Source: Maribacter sp. (GTDB taxonomy: Bacteria; Bacteroidota; Bacteroidia; Flavobacteriales; Flavobacteriaceae). From it: a stretch of 64,000 nt of DNA. Below the pieces are notes generated by a model that did not search any database, was not told the origin of the DNA, and saw nothing but the letters and a program-made list of their open reading frames with translations. Numbering within the stretch: position 1 is the first letter of the stretch; each line of letters starts with the position of its first letter. Made by a program: the position numbers and the translations under genes. Positions 39,024 to 48,223 of this stretch are shown piece after piece. The stretch lies in NCBI GenBank assembly GCA_024643345.1, contig JAHENB010000009.1:2132-66131 (forward strand), read 5' to 3'.

Positions 39024-39488
39024 ATGAAAGATAAAATGAATAAATTACTGCTCACTGCATGGGTTTCGGCCCTGCTATGCTGTTCCTGTACCATGCAGAA
39101 TAAGCAAGTCGGCAAGGAAATATGGAAAAGCGAAATTATGGAAACCGAGAGTGCCTTTGCCGAGATGGCCTTGAAGGAAGGCATACCAAAAGCCTTTTTG
39201 GCATTTGCGGCAGAGGATGCCGTTTTGATGCGAAACGATCGATTGATCATAGGGAAGGATGCGATACAAAATAGTTTTGCCGATCAAAATCCGGGGGCGG
39301 GCCAAGGGAGCCTCAGTTGGAAACCCGACTTTGTAGAAGTGTCGTCTTCGGGCGATTTGGGCTATACCTATGGAAAATATGTATACACCATAGCCGACTC
39401 CCTTGGTGATACCCAGAAAACTGAGGGCATTTTCCATACGGTATGGAAACGACAAGACGACGGCAAGTGGCGCTTTGTATGGGACTGA
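39024..39488 (+). CDS. DUF4440/SnoaL-like (NTF2 fold) lipoprotein
   Basis: 154 aa with the lipobox-like LLCCSC. SSGDLGYTYGKY...GIFHTVWKRQDDGKWRFVWD is the YybH/DUF4440 pattern. Confidence 0.8.
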   Translation: MKDKMNKLLLTAWVSALLCCSCTMQNKQVGKEIWKSEIMETESAFAEMALKEGIPKAFLAFAAEDAVLMRNDRLIIGKDAIQNSFADQNPGAGQGSLSWKPDFVEVSSSGDLGYTYGKYVYTIADSLGDTQKTEGIFHTVWKRQDDGKWRFVWD

Positions 39489-39562
39489 ACTTCTTTGGTT
39501 TAGGATGGGTTTTAACATGAATGACAAAGATCTCATCTTGTCTGTCAAAAACTTAATGTACA

Positions 39563-39808
39563 ATGATTCAATTCTTTAGAAAGTTTAGACAAGAGTTGCT
39601 TTCCGAAAATAAGGTAGGCAAGTATTTGCTCTATGCCTTTGGAGAAATCATACTGGTGGTTATCGGAATCTTGATAGCCCTGCAGATCAATAACTGGAAC
39701 GAAAGCAGGAAAGCCAGTATACAGGAAGTCAACTTCCTTTCAGATTTCTTTGGTGATTTAAAAAAGGATGAAGGCAAACTCAATTACTTAAACCATTTTG
39801 GACATTGA
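39563..39808 (+). CDS. truncated DUF6090-like fragment (N-terminal anchor only; possible pseudogene)
   Basis: 81 aa: MIQFFRKFRQELLSENKVGKYLLYAFGEIILVVIGILIALQINNWNESRK, followed by a stop after about 30 more residues. The full-length paralogs are 239-263 aa. Confidence 0.55.
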   Translation: MIQFFRKFRQELLSENKVGKYLLYAFGEIILVVIGILIALQINNWNESRKASIQEVNFLSDFFGDLKKDEGKLNYLNHFGH

Positions 39809-39844
39809 ACCAAACCTTGGGGGAATTCACTAAAAAATGAATAA

Positions 39845-40795
39845 ATGAAGCTAAAAGTATGCTTGGTCCAGGACAGTCCCGTTTTCTTCGATAAGGAGAA
39901 AACCATCGAAAAATTGGAACGACTCACCAAAAAATATGCGGCACAAGGCTGTGAATTGATCGTTTTTCCCGAATCTTTTGTTCCGGGATACCCTAGGGGG
40001 TTTTCTTTTGGAGCGAAAATCGGAAGCCGAACCGAGGCCGGAAGGGCCCTTTATTCAGAATATCGACGAAATAGCATTGACCTTGAAAGTGAAGATTTAA
40101 AAAGACTTGAAAAGCTGGCCCATTCCGAAAATGTGTATTTGGTTATTGGAATTACCGAAAAACAGGAAACAAATGGCAGTCTGTTCTGTTCCATGATCTA
40201 TATCTCCCCAACCGATGGCCTGTTGGGAGTGCATAGAAAAATCAAGCCCACGGGAACAGAAAGAATCGTTTGGGCAGAAGCGGATGGGGGGTCGCTTGTG
40301 ACTTTTCAAACCAAAATAGGGAAGCTTGGCGGACTTATTTGCTGGGAAAACTATATGCCCTTGGCACGAATGGCGATGTACCAAAAAGGGGTCGAAATTT
40401 ATATTGCCCCTACGGCCGATGCCCGGGAAGCTTGGACGGCCACTATGCAGCATATCGCCTTGGAGGGCCGGTGTTTTGTTTTGGGCTGTAATCAGTTTTT
40501 CAACAAAGCGATGTATCCCGATCGCTTCAGATCTTTGGTAGATGATGAACCAGAAAATATGTGCCGGGGAGGGAGTGTCATCGTTTCCCCTTTAGGTAAA
40601 ATCTTAGCCGGACCTTTATTTGATGAGGCAGGTGCGCTGATCGCAGAGCTTGATTTGGAAGAGATCAATCAAAGCAAATTAGATTTTGACGTCATTGGCC
40701 ATTATGCCAGAAATGATATTTTCCAATTCACCGTACCGAATCAGCCAGCAATCAGAAAGGAAAAAGCGTTGGATAAAAATAAAAAAAGACCTTAA
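39845..40795 (+). CDS. nitrilase / carbon-nitrogen hydrolase family protein
   Basis: 316 aa. It has the catalytic pattern FPESF (Glu), HRKIKPT (Lys) and GGLICWENYMP (Cys). Confidence 0.9.
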   Translation: MKLKVCLVQDSPVFFDKEKTIEKLERLTKKYAAQGCELIVFPESFVPGYPRGFSFGAKIGSRTEAGRALYSEYRRNSIDLESEDLKRLEKLAHSENVYLVIGITEKQETNGSLFCSMIYISPTDGLLGVHRKIKPTGTERIVWAEADGGSLVTFQTKIGKLGGLICWENYMPLARMAMYQKGVEIYIAPTADAREAWTATMQHIALEGRCFVLGCNQFFNKAMYPDRFRSLVDDEPENMCRGGSVIVSPLGKILAGPLFDEAGALIAELDLEEINQSKLDFDVIGHYARNDIFQFTVPNQPAIRKEKALDKNKKRP

Positions 40796-40910
40796 AGGAC
40801 TTACGATCGGTCCCAAACATGAACCGCTGTCATTCGGGGCAATCTGAATTAGCGAATAGATAAAAAATAGGTATTTAACGAAAAAACGAACCTGCAATTA
40901 GGCGGCGGCC

Positions 40911-43583
40911 TTAAAACCTATAATCCATGCTCAATAGAAGATATCTAGGCAACAACCTATATGAAGCGCTGTAACTTCCCGTATCGCTAATATTTAATGT
41001 CGAATAAGTGTCGTTGTTAAAAATATTGCTAAACAAAAGTTTGATCCTAAATTTGTTTTTTATGATGTCGTAGCGTGCGTTCAAATCTGAGAAATACGTT
41101 GATTTATCAACGGGCAAATTTCCGAAGTAATACCGCTCGTTTTTTATTTCGATACTAAGTTTATTTGAGATGTTGAAATCAATATCCAAAAAAGAGTAAT
41201 TATTCGTGTTCCTGTTTTTCTGGGTCACCATTACTAAAGATTCTGTCCAGTTGGTACCTAGGTGAAAATCAAGAAAACCATTGAATGCAGAACGAAGTTC
41301 TCCCCCATAACTGTAGGTTTTTGCTTTGATCGGTCTTAGGCCCGAGGTATTGACGATGTTCTGTATTTCATTGCTGGAAATTGAGCCATTTATTTTGAAG
41401 TTCGATGAGATTTTTTCGATGAACCGGTCTACACTGAAATTCAACGAATAGAATTCCCTATCTTTTAATTTGATCGGACTGTAAAGTTGGTAGTTGGGCT
41501 GAACGATACTGTTACTTGAAATATAGTCATGGTCTTTATTGTAAAAGAATGAGGAATTGACCAGGAAAGAATCGCTCCAATTGCCTAGGACATATGTCGT
41601 CAAAAACATATTGCCCCTGAATTGTTCGAAAGTTCCGAATCCCCTTCTGAAATTCCTATAATTGCTTAAAAGATATCCCTGATAAACCTGTTCAAATGGG
41701 ATGTTCTCCCGGCTAAACTTGTAAGAGGATAAAAGCCTATTTTTTTTATTGATTTGCCATGACAGTCCGATACTTGGTATCGCGGTTATTGGATTGGATT
41801 TTGCAATGCCGCCCCCATTATCGGTATTGACATGGAATTGATGCAGTTCCAGTCCAGATCTTAGCGCAACGTTTTTTATTGAAAATTTGTAATGGGCATT
41901 TAGGTAAAAATCTTTTAAATCGTAATTAAGGCGATTGTTATAATCGCTCCCTGCGTCATACGTAATGTTGTTGTTGTCCGTGAAAAATAGAGCGCTGTAT
42001 AGCCGGCTCTTTTTTTGTGTAATCCCCGCCCTTAGTTTGAAGTTGCTTTTTGGGGTATTTATGAAATAGGATCCTTCAAAGCCGAGAAATCGCATTTGGT
42101 GGCGGCTATTTTGTGTGACCAAGACAATGTCATAGAAATCTGGGAACAATTCGCCATACAGAAAAGTGTCCACAACATAATCTTGTGGCTTTGCATCAGA
42201 GATGTACCTTCCCGTTAACTGCAGTGCATTTCCTGCATTGATTTTGTTGGTATAGGTAAGTCTGTGATCTGTGTAGTTTGAGCGACTTTTTAAATTTTCA
42301 TGAATTGTTTCTTTATTGAACAAAAGTATTGAACCGTTGTTGAAACGCCCAAAATGATAACGGCCATTATATTCCAGTTGGTCTTTTTTACCAAGATTAT
42401 AGATTGCATCCCATTTACCGGAACCTGCGAAACTATTTTTTCTTAATATATAGTCCTCGGAATTAATAAAACTGCTGGGGGGTTGTGAAAACTTCTCCAA
42501 ACTGTTTTGAAAAAGTGTGTTCTCATCGGTGGTAATAAAGAATAGTCCTTTGATTTTAAAGTCCTTGTTCGGATGGTATATCCCATTCAAAGATGCCAAT
42601 TCTGCATTGTTGAAGTGATGTCTACTTTCTTTGAGTTCGGGCTTGGTTTCACCTATTCCCACAAAATTTAACGCATTTTCTCCATCACCAATATAGTTGA
42701 CATCATTTAATAAATCTGGATATAGGATTTGGTAGATATCTCCTATCGCATCGCTTCCATTGTTGTTGAGATTTCCAAAGAAATAATGCTTCGCTTTCTT
42801 GTTAAAGGATATAAGGTTCAATTTGTTTTCATAAAACTGCTTAGTCCCATACCCTAAACTGGCATTTCCGAACAGTGTGGACTTTTGATCTTCCTTTAAA
42901 ACAATGTTCAAGGCCACTTTGTCACTGTCTTCAATATTTTTTAATAGTGCGTTTTCGGAATAATGTTCCAAAATTTCAACTTTCTCCATGACACCGGCAT
43001 TCAGGTTTTTTGTAAGGAGCTTGTAGCCTTTTTCAAATAGGTCATCACCTTCCACCATTATTTTTTCAACATTTTTTCCCTGGACCTGGATGGTGCCATC
43101 GCTGGCCACTTCGATTCCAGGCAATTTTTTTAGCACATCCTCAACAACTTCTTCATTTCCGTTGGTAAAACTGGCAATGTTAAGCGTTATGGTATCCTTT
43201 TTAACGAGAATGGGCATGTCGGCGTTTACGACTACCTCACTCAATAAAAACGGTTGGGGTTTTAAAACAAAATCTTTGATGATTCTGGTCTGGGTCTTCA
43301 GGCTATCCAAAACAATGGTAATTTGTTCCTTTTTATAGGGCAAACCACTGACATTTAGCACATAAGTGCCCGATTTATTTATTTTCAACTGGTAATAACC
43401 TTGATCGTCACTGTATGAATAAGCAATGATGGCAGCATTATTTTCCTTTTGAATATAAATATTTGCCGCTTGAAGCGTATTGCCCAAAGAGTCTTTTACA
43501 GTTCCTTCAATGATGCTTTGTGCCTTCCCGGACAGAATGAAGAGGATGGTTATAAGGCAACATATGTGGTATTTTGTTTCCAA
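40911..43583 (-). CDS. TonB-dependent-receptor-like outer-membrane protein with a carboxypeptidase-regulatory-like N-domain
   Basis: 890 aa. It has IIEGTVKDSLGNTLQAANIYI (CarbopepD_reg-like), a plug-like LKKLPGIEVASDGTIQVQG and a terminal ...SMDYRF. The only possible start that includes the signal peptide is TTG at 43583. Confidence 0.85.
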   Translation of the reverse strand: METKYHICCLITILFILSGKAQSIIEGTVKDSLGNTLQAANIYIQKENNAAIIAYSYSDDQGYYQLKINKSGTYVLNVSGLPYKKEQITIVLDSLKTQTRIIKDFVLKPQPFLLSEVVVNADMPILVKKDTITLNIASFTNGNEEVVEDVLKKLPGIEVASDGTIQVQGKNVEKIMVEGDDLFEKGYKLLTKNLNAGVMEKVEILEHYSENALLKNIEDSDKVALNIVLKEDQKSTLFGNASLGYGTKQFYENKLNLISFNKKAKHYFFGNLNNNGSDAIGDIYQILYPDLLNDVNYIGDGENALNFVGIGETKPELKESRHHFNNAELASLNGIYHPNKDFKIKGLFFITTDENTLFQNSLEKFSQPPSSFINSEDYILRKNSFAGSGKWDAIYNLGKKDQLEYNGRYHFGRFNNGSILLFNKETIHENLKSRSNYTDHRLTYTNKINAGNALQLTGRYISDAKPQDYVVDTFLYGELFPDFYDIVLVTQNSRHQMRFLGFEGSYFINTPKSNFKLRAGITQKKSRLYSALFFTDNNNITYDAGSDYNNRLNYDLKDFYLNAHYKFSIKNVALRSGLELHQFHVNTDNGGGIAKSNPITAIPSIGLSWQINKKNRLLSSYKFSRENIPFEQVYQGYLLSNYRNFRRGFGTFEQFRGNMFLTTYVLGNWSDSFLVNSSFFYNKDHDYISSNSIVQPNYQLYSPIKLKDREFYSLNFSVDRFIEKISSNFKINGSISSNEIQNIVNTSGLRPIKAKTYSYGGELRSAFNGFLDFHLGTNWTESLVMVTQKNRNTNNYSFLDIDFNISNKLSIEIKNERYYFGNLPVDKSTYFSDLNARYDIIKNKFRIKLLFSNIFNNDTYSTLNISDTGSYSASYRLLPRYLLLSMDYRF

Positions 43584-43649
43584 TATGTTTTGTTTGTAGG
43601 ATACAAATAGCGATTCATCAAATGTTTAGATGCAAGGAACTCATGGGAA

Positions 43650-44390
43650 TCAATCCTTAACATCAAAAATTTCCAGGGATTTCTGGGAGGTGATTTCCAA
43701 ATCGACTTCCCTGGGTAGCCTTGACTTCACTTTTTTGTAAAATACTTCGGATAAAGATTTTTGAATCGCAGCATATTCCTTTAATGATATGCCCTTTGTC
43801 GCGCTAAAATCGGGGGTTATTTTCATGTTGGATTTGACTATAGAATTCAACATAAACTGAACCTCACCTTTATTATCAAAAGCATTGATGATCAAACCCG
43901 GTAATCCTTGTAATTTCCATGGGCCAGAACTTATGGGAATGTCATGGGTAAACCATGCAGTATATTCACGTCCCCTGAACAAAGCCTTAGCTTTTTGACA
44001 GTTATACGGACCTATTTTTTTGAGCTCATCAGTGATAGTCCATACCATTGGTACAATCGGTTCCATCACCAGATAGCTCTGCTGATCAAAATAGGGCACT
44101 CTGGAATACATACTGTCCTTCACTTTATCGACATAGGTATAACTTCCAATACTATCCAAAGCATTCAGGTTTACATATACTTCATATTCACCTGCTTCTT
44201 TTGGTTCCCCAATAGGTTTCCCCCATAAGAACAAGGATTTATCATTGGATAATAATAGTATCGATTTGTAGTGAACAATATCCGCCATCCCTAGAAAAAA
44301 GTCATACTCTAGCTTAAGAACCTCCTTTTGAGGATAAGCATAAGCACTAAGGACAAGGGAAACGAGAATCATTAATCTTGAATTTGTCAT
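43650..44390 (-). CDS. GLPGLI family protein
   Basis: It contains the literal family signature WKLQGLPGLIINAF. The ATG at 44390 gives signal peptide MTNSRLMILVSLVLSAYA. The upstream ATG at 44420 lies inside a 17-bp hairpin arm. Confidence 0.85.
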   Translation of the reverse strand: MTNSRLMILVSLVLSAYAYPQKEVLKLEYDFFLGMADIVHYKSILLLSNDKSLFLWGKPIGEPKEAGEYEVYVNLNALDSIGSYTYVDKVKDSMYSRVPYFDQQSYLVMEPIVPMVWTITDELKKIGPYNCQKAKALFRGREYTAWFTHDIPISSGPWKLQGLPGLIINAFDNKGEVQFMLNSIVKSNMKITPDFSATKGISLKEYAAIQKSLSEVFYKKVKSRLPREVDLEITSQKSLEIFDVKD

Positions 44391-44403
44391 ATGCCTTAAA
44401 TTT

Positions 44404-44441
44404 ATCAGCAGTAAAACCATAAGAATGGTTTTACTGCTGAT
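44404..44441 (-). promoter_or_regulatory. perfect 17-bp inverted repeat with a 4-nt loop (intercistronic stem-loop)
   Basis: ATCAGCAGTAAAACCAT-aaga-ATGGTTTTACTGCTGAT, checked base by base. It starts 13 nt after the stop of the 134-aa gene and ends 13 nt before the GLPGLI ATG. No U-tract follows on either strand. Confidence 0.7.
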
Positions 44442-44454
44442 GTTAATTAGGAAG

Positions 44455-44859
44455 CTATCTTATTCCTGCCATAAGTTGGTTTTTCAATTTTTTAATGGCT
44501 TGTACAATTTCACCACAGGGAATTCCGCTAACGGTGGCCGAAGCCTCGACAAAGTTAGAATCGACGCCCAGCCTGACCTTTACCGTAATGGAGACTTCGC
44601 AAAATTCATCGTTTGGATCAATTATGGTAATCAAATCCATTATGGAACCCGTATCGAAATCATAAAGTTCCATTTCGGAGGCAAAATTGAACTCCAAATT
44701 CTGCTTCGCTTTATCAGATTGAATTTCAATGGCCAATTGGGCAGGCTGTTCCTTCAATTTGATATTTTGTTCGATATCGTTGACCGAAGGCCAACCTGTA
44801 TTGGCCGATAAGGTGAATCCAGCCATCACTATTATTAGGGCAAACATTACTTTTTTCAT
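44455..44859 (-). CDS. small secreted two-Cys protein, paralog B
   Basis: 134 aa with signal peptide MKKVMFALIIVMAGFTLSA. Its C-terminal module CEVSITVK...FVEASATVSGIPC..KKLKNQL is homologous to the neighbouring 103-aa ORF. Confidence 0.7.
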   Translation of the reverse strand: MKKVMFALIIVMAGFTLSANTGWPSVNDIEQNIKLKEQPAQLAIEIQSDKAKQNLEFNFASEMELYDFDTGSIMDLITIIDPNDEFCEVSITVKVRLGVDSNFVEASATVSGIPCGEIVQAIKKLKNQLMAGIR

Positions 44860-44882
44860 AATCTATTTGTTAAAGTGATACA

Positions 44883-45194
44883 TTATTTAAATTCCGCTCT
44901 CATGGCGGCAATTGCCTCCCGCATTTTCTGTGCAAGACTGGCATCGCAAGGTCCTTTAACCGTAATCGTGGCTACAAAGGTTCCAAATTCGGCAGAAACA
45001 ATTTTGCCGGATGTACTAACGGAACATTCCGCTGTGGAAAAAAAAATGGCACTTTCTTGAGGTACAAGATGGGTTTCGATGACTTTGTCCAAACCCGATC
45101 TGCTTGTTTCCATGGGTGCCCTACCTTTATTTGTGTCATTAGCGTAGCCCATAACGGTGATAAAAAAAGACAGACAATATATAATGGTTTTCAT
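44883..45194 (-). CDS. small secreted two-Cys protein, paralog A
   Basis: 103 aa with signal peptide MKTIIYCLSFFITVMGYA. Its C-terminal module is CSVSTSGK...FVATITVKGPC..REAIAAM. It contains a T9 tract in the coding strand. Confidence 0.65.
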   Translation of the reverse strand: MKTIIYCLSFFITVMGYANDTNKGRAPMETSRSGLDKVIETHLVPQESAIFFSTAECSVSTSGKIVSAEFGTFVATITVKGPCDASLAQKMREAIAAMRAEFK

Positions 45195-45652
45195 ACATTA
45201 TGTTTTAATTGTTATAACCTACTCTGTTATGTGGGCTTTTCGGTTTCCGCCATGAACATTATCAAATATTGCGCACCTATCTGATATTGTTTGACCAAGG
45301 TAATTGGGCCCACTGCATTAGACATGCATAGCTCTTGATCAGCTCTCATGGACTTGAAGGAAAATCGATATAATGAAGTAATTGAAAATAGAAATCTTAA
45401 CTAAATTGATCTGAAGGGCAATGTTAAAGGAGGGCAACAGTTACAATTTTATCACCTAAGCTTATAAGGCTTAGATCAAAAACAAGTGATTGCTCAGATT
45501 TCACAAATAAAAAATAAAGCAGTGTGCCACTATTTCATATGGCAAAAAGGAAAGTAAATTTTTGGGATCTTATAAGATAATTAAGATATATAGCTAGGCT
45601 TGGATGGGGTGTTTTAAAAGATAAACACCAAATCTTTGGCTAAGAAACAAAC

Positions 45653-48064
45653 CTATCGCAATTTGGGATAGTCCTCTGGGTCAGCTTCGTGCATGATTTG
45701 ATAGACCTTCTCAAATATATCTTCGGCATTGGGCTTTGAAAAATAGTCTCCATCGCTTCCATAGGCCGGTCTATGGGCCTTGGCCGTCAGGGTTTGCGGT
45801 GCACTGTCCAGATAGGCATATCCGCCTTGTTTTTCAACAATTTCATTGAGCAGGTAGGCCGCGCAACCGCCCGGCACATCCTCATCGATTACCAATAAGC
45901 GGCTGGTCTTCATGACACTTTTAACAGTATCATGGGCTATATCGAAAGGCATAAGGGTCTGTGCATCTATGACCTCAGCCTCGATGCCCACCTCCCGAAG
46001 TTCTTCCGCGACCTGGGATACGATTCTTAAAGTAGAGCCATAAGAAACCAGGGTAATGTCATTTCCTTCCTTTAAGGTCTCCACTACGCCTATAGGAGTG
46101 CAAAAATCGCCCAGGTTTTTGGGTAAGGGTTCTTTTAATCGGTAACCATTAAGGCTTTCGATGACCAATGCCGGTTCATCACTCTTCATCAGGGTATTGT
46201 AAAAACCTGCCGCTTGGGTCATATTTCTTGGGGAAAGGATATACATGCCCCTGAGCAAATGCACCAATCCCCCCATGGGTGATCCCGAATGCCATATGCC
46301 TTCCAATCGGTGGCCCCTTGTGCGCACGATCAATGGCGCCTTCTGTTTGCCCGAAGTGCGGTATCGCAAACAGGCGAGATCGTCGGTAAGGGTGGGCATT
46401 GCATAAAAGATATAATCCAAATATTGTATTTCAGCGATGGGCCGCAATCCCCTCAAGGCCATCCCTATGCCTTGTCCGATGATGGTGGTTTCCCTAATTC
46501 CGGTATCGGCAACTCGAAGTTCCCCATATTTCTTTTGGAGGCCTTCCAAACCCTGGTTCACATCGCCGATGGCACCACTATCTTCCCCAAAGATCAATGC
46601 TTCAGGGTATTTTTGTAACAGACGGTCAAAGTTGTCCCTTAAAATAATACGACCGTCCACCATCCCTGTCTCGGCATCATAAGCAGGGGCTACGGCAGCA
46701 ATGTTGGTGGCTCTGTTCGGCAATTCGCTATAAAGGTTGTTGCTGTACTTGGGTTGAGATTGAAGCATAAAGTTATCGATCCAGTTTTTGATCGCTAATT
46801 TTTCCTCCGATTGGTTGCCGATCAAATACCGCAACGATTTTCTGGCGGCCATGGCCAAATCTTTCTTCAAAGGCTCGTCAATGGCGATAAGATCATTTTT
46901 AATTTTGGTTATGAACTTACGGTTTTCGCTTTTTTGTGCCGCTTGTTCTAAATAAGCAACCAATGTTTTTTTAAGGGGAAGGTGTTCGGACAAGTATTCT
47001 GACCAAGCTTCTTTTTTGGCCAACTTAACCTCATTTTTTATACTTTTCTCAATGGAATACAATTCCTCCTCCGTTGCGATTCCGGAAGTAATGATCCATT
47101 CTCTGAAGCGTTTGTTACAGTCGTTTTCGAATTCCCATTCAAGGCGTTCAGTGTTTTTATAACGTTCATGGGAACCTGATGAAGAATGGCCCTGAGGCTG
47201 GGTAAGCTCGGTCACATGTATGACCACTGGAACATGTTCTTCACGAGCAATGTCGGCCGCATTGGAATAAACGTGCATGAGCGCTGTGTAATCCCAACCT
47301 TTAACTTTTATCAGTTCGTACCCCAGGTCGTTTTCATTACGTCTAAACCCGTTCAAAACTTTGGAAATGTCTTCCTTGGTGGTATGGTATTTTGCCGGGA
47401 CCGATATCCCGTACCCATCATCCCAAATGCTTATTACCATGGGAACTTGAAGTACGCCACCAGCATTTACGGTTTCAAAAAACATACCTTCACTGGTACT
47501 GGCATTGCCAATGGTTCCCCAGGCCACCTCGTTGCCATTGTTAGAAAACTTGTCAGCGTTTAGGCCTTTTAAACTGCGATATAATTTAGAAGCTTGGGCA
47601 AGACCCAATAATCTTGGCATTTGACCGGCGGTACACGAAATATCGGCGCTACTGTTCTTCTGTTTTGTAAGGTCCTTCCAGCTGCCATCTTCATTGAGGC
47701 TGTAGGTAAGAAAATGGGCCCCCATTTGCTTCCCCGCACTCATGGGCTCTTTTTCAATATCGGTTGTCGCATAAAGCGCATGAAAGAAATCCTTGGGTTT
47801 CAACAAGCCCAGGGCCATCATAAAGGTTTGATCGCGATAATAACCACTTCTGAAGTCCCCGTCTTGGAATGCACGGGCCATGGCCAGTTGGGGAAGTTCC
47901 TTACCGTCCCCAAATATACCGAATTTGGCTTTTCCCGTAAGTACTTCCTTTCTTCCGATCAGGCTACAAGTCCTGCTCAACACGGCTAGTTCATAGTCAT
48001 GTAAGATCTGTAACTTAAAATCCTGAAATGAAATGTCGCTACTGGTCTTGGAAGAAATGTTCAT
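45653..48064 (-). CDS. fused alpha/beta E1 component of a 2-oxoacid (branched-chain type) dehydrogenase
   Basis: 803 aa. The N-half is a TPP-binding E1-alpha and the C-half is a transketolase-like E1-beta. This fusion is typical of Bacteroidota. Confidence 0.88.
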   Translation of the reverse strand: MNISSKTSSDISFQDFKLQILHDYELAVLSRTCSLIGRKEVLTGKAKFGIFGDGKELPQLAMARAFQDGDFRSGYYRDQTFMMALGLLKPKDFFHALYATTDIEKEPMSAGKQMGAHFLTYSLNEDGSWKDLTKQKNSSADISCTAGQMPRLLGLAQASKLYRSLKGLNADKFSNNGNEVAWGTIGNASTSEGMFFETVNAGGVLQVPMVISIWDDGYGISVPAKYHTTKEDISKVLNGFRRNENDLGYELIKVKGWDYTALMHVYSNAADIAREEHVPVVIHVTELTQPQGHSSSGSHERYKNTERLEWEFENDCNKRFREWIITSGIATEEELYSIEKSIKNEVKLAKKEAWSEYLSEHLPLKKTLVAYLEQAAQKSENRKFITKIKNDLIAIDEPLKKDLAMAARKSLRYLIGNQSEEKLAIKNWIDNFMLQSQPKYSNNLYSELPNRATNIAAVAPAYDAETGMVDGRIILRDNFDRLLQKYPEALIFGEDSGAIGDVNQGLEGLQKKYGELRVADTGIRETTIIGQGIGMALRGLRPIAEIQYLDYIFYAMPTLTDDLACLRYRTSGKQKAPLIVRTRGHRLEGIWHSGSPMGGLVHLLRGMYILSPRNMTQAAGFYNTLMKSDEPALVIESLNGYRLKEPLPKNLGDFCTPIGVVETLKEGNDITLVSYGSTLRIVSQVAEELREVGIEAEVIDAQTLMPFDIAHDTVKSVMKTSRLLVIDEDVPGGCAAYLLNEIVEKQGGYAYLDSAPQTLTAKAHRPAYGSDGDYFSKPNAEDIFEKVYQIMHEADPEDYPKLR

Positions 48065-48083
48065 TAAGTCCTATTCATTTTCA

Positions 48084-48091
48084 CAAAAATA
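48084..48091 (-). promoter_or_regulatory. candidate -7 box TATTTTTG for the E1 gene
   Basis: The reverse complement of CAAAAATA fits TAnnTTTG, 20 nt upstream of the ATG at 48064. Confidence 0.35.
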
Positions 48092-48223
48092 TCAAATCAA
48101 AACTGTTTATGCAACCGACCTATAACCATTTTACTTCAAAATAATGTAAAAATAAACCCGGTTAATTATTTATTCTTTAATCAGACACTCAAAAAATTAC
48201 TTTTTTTTAGGAATATGTTATTT

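Noticed and set aside
38464-39563. 161-aa and 162-aa minus-strand ORFs
   Set aside because: They are antisense to the S10 carboxypeptidase and the DUF4440-like genes. Both of those show clear family motifs, whereas the minus-strand translations do not.
45300-45320. GCCCACTG, considered as a possible cobalamin-riboswitch B12 box upstream of the receptor-like operon
   Set aside because: It is on the wrong strand for the minus-strand operon, it is an imperfect box, and no other cobalamin-riboswitch elements are seen.
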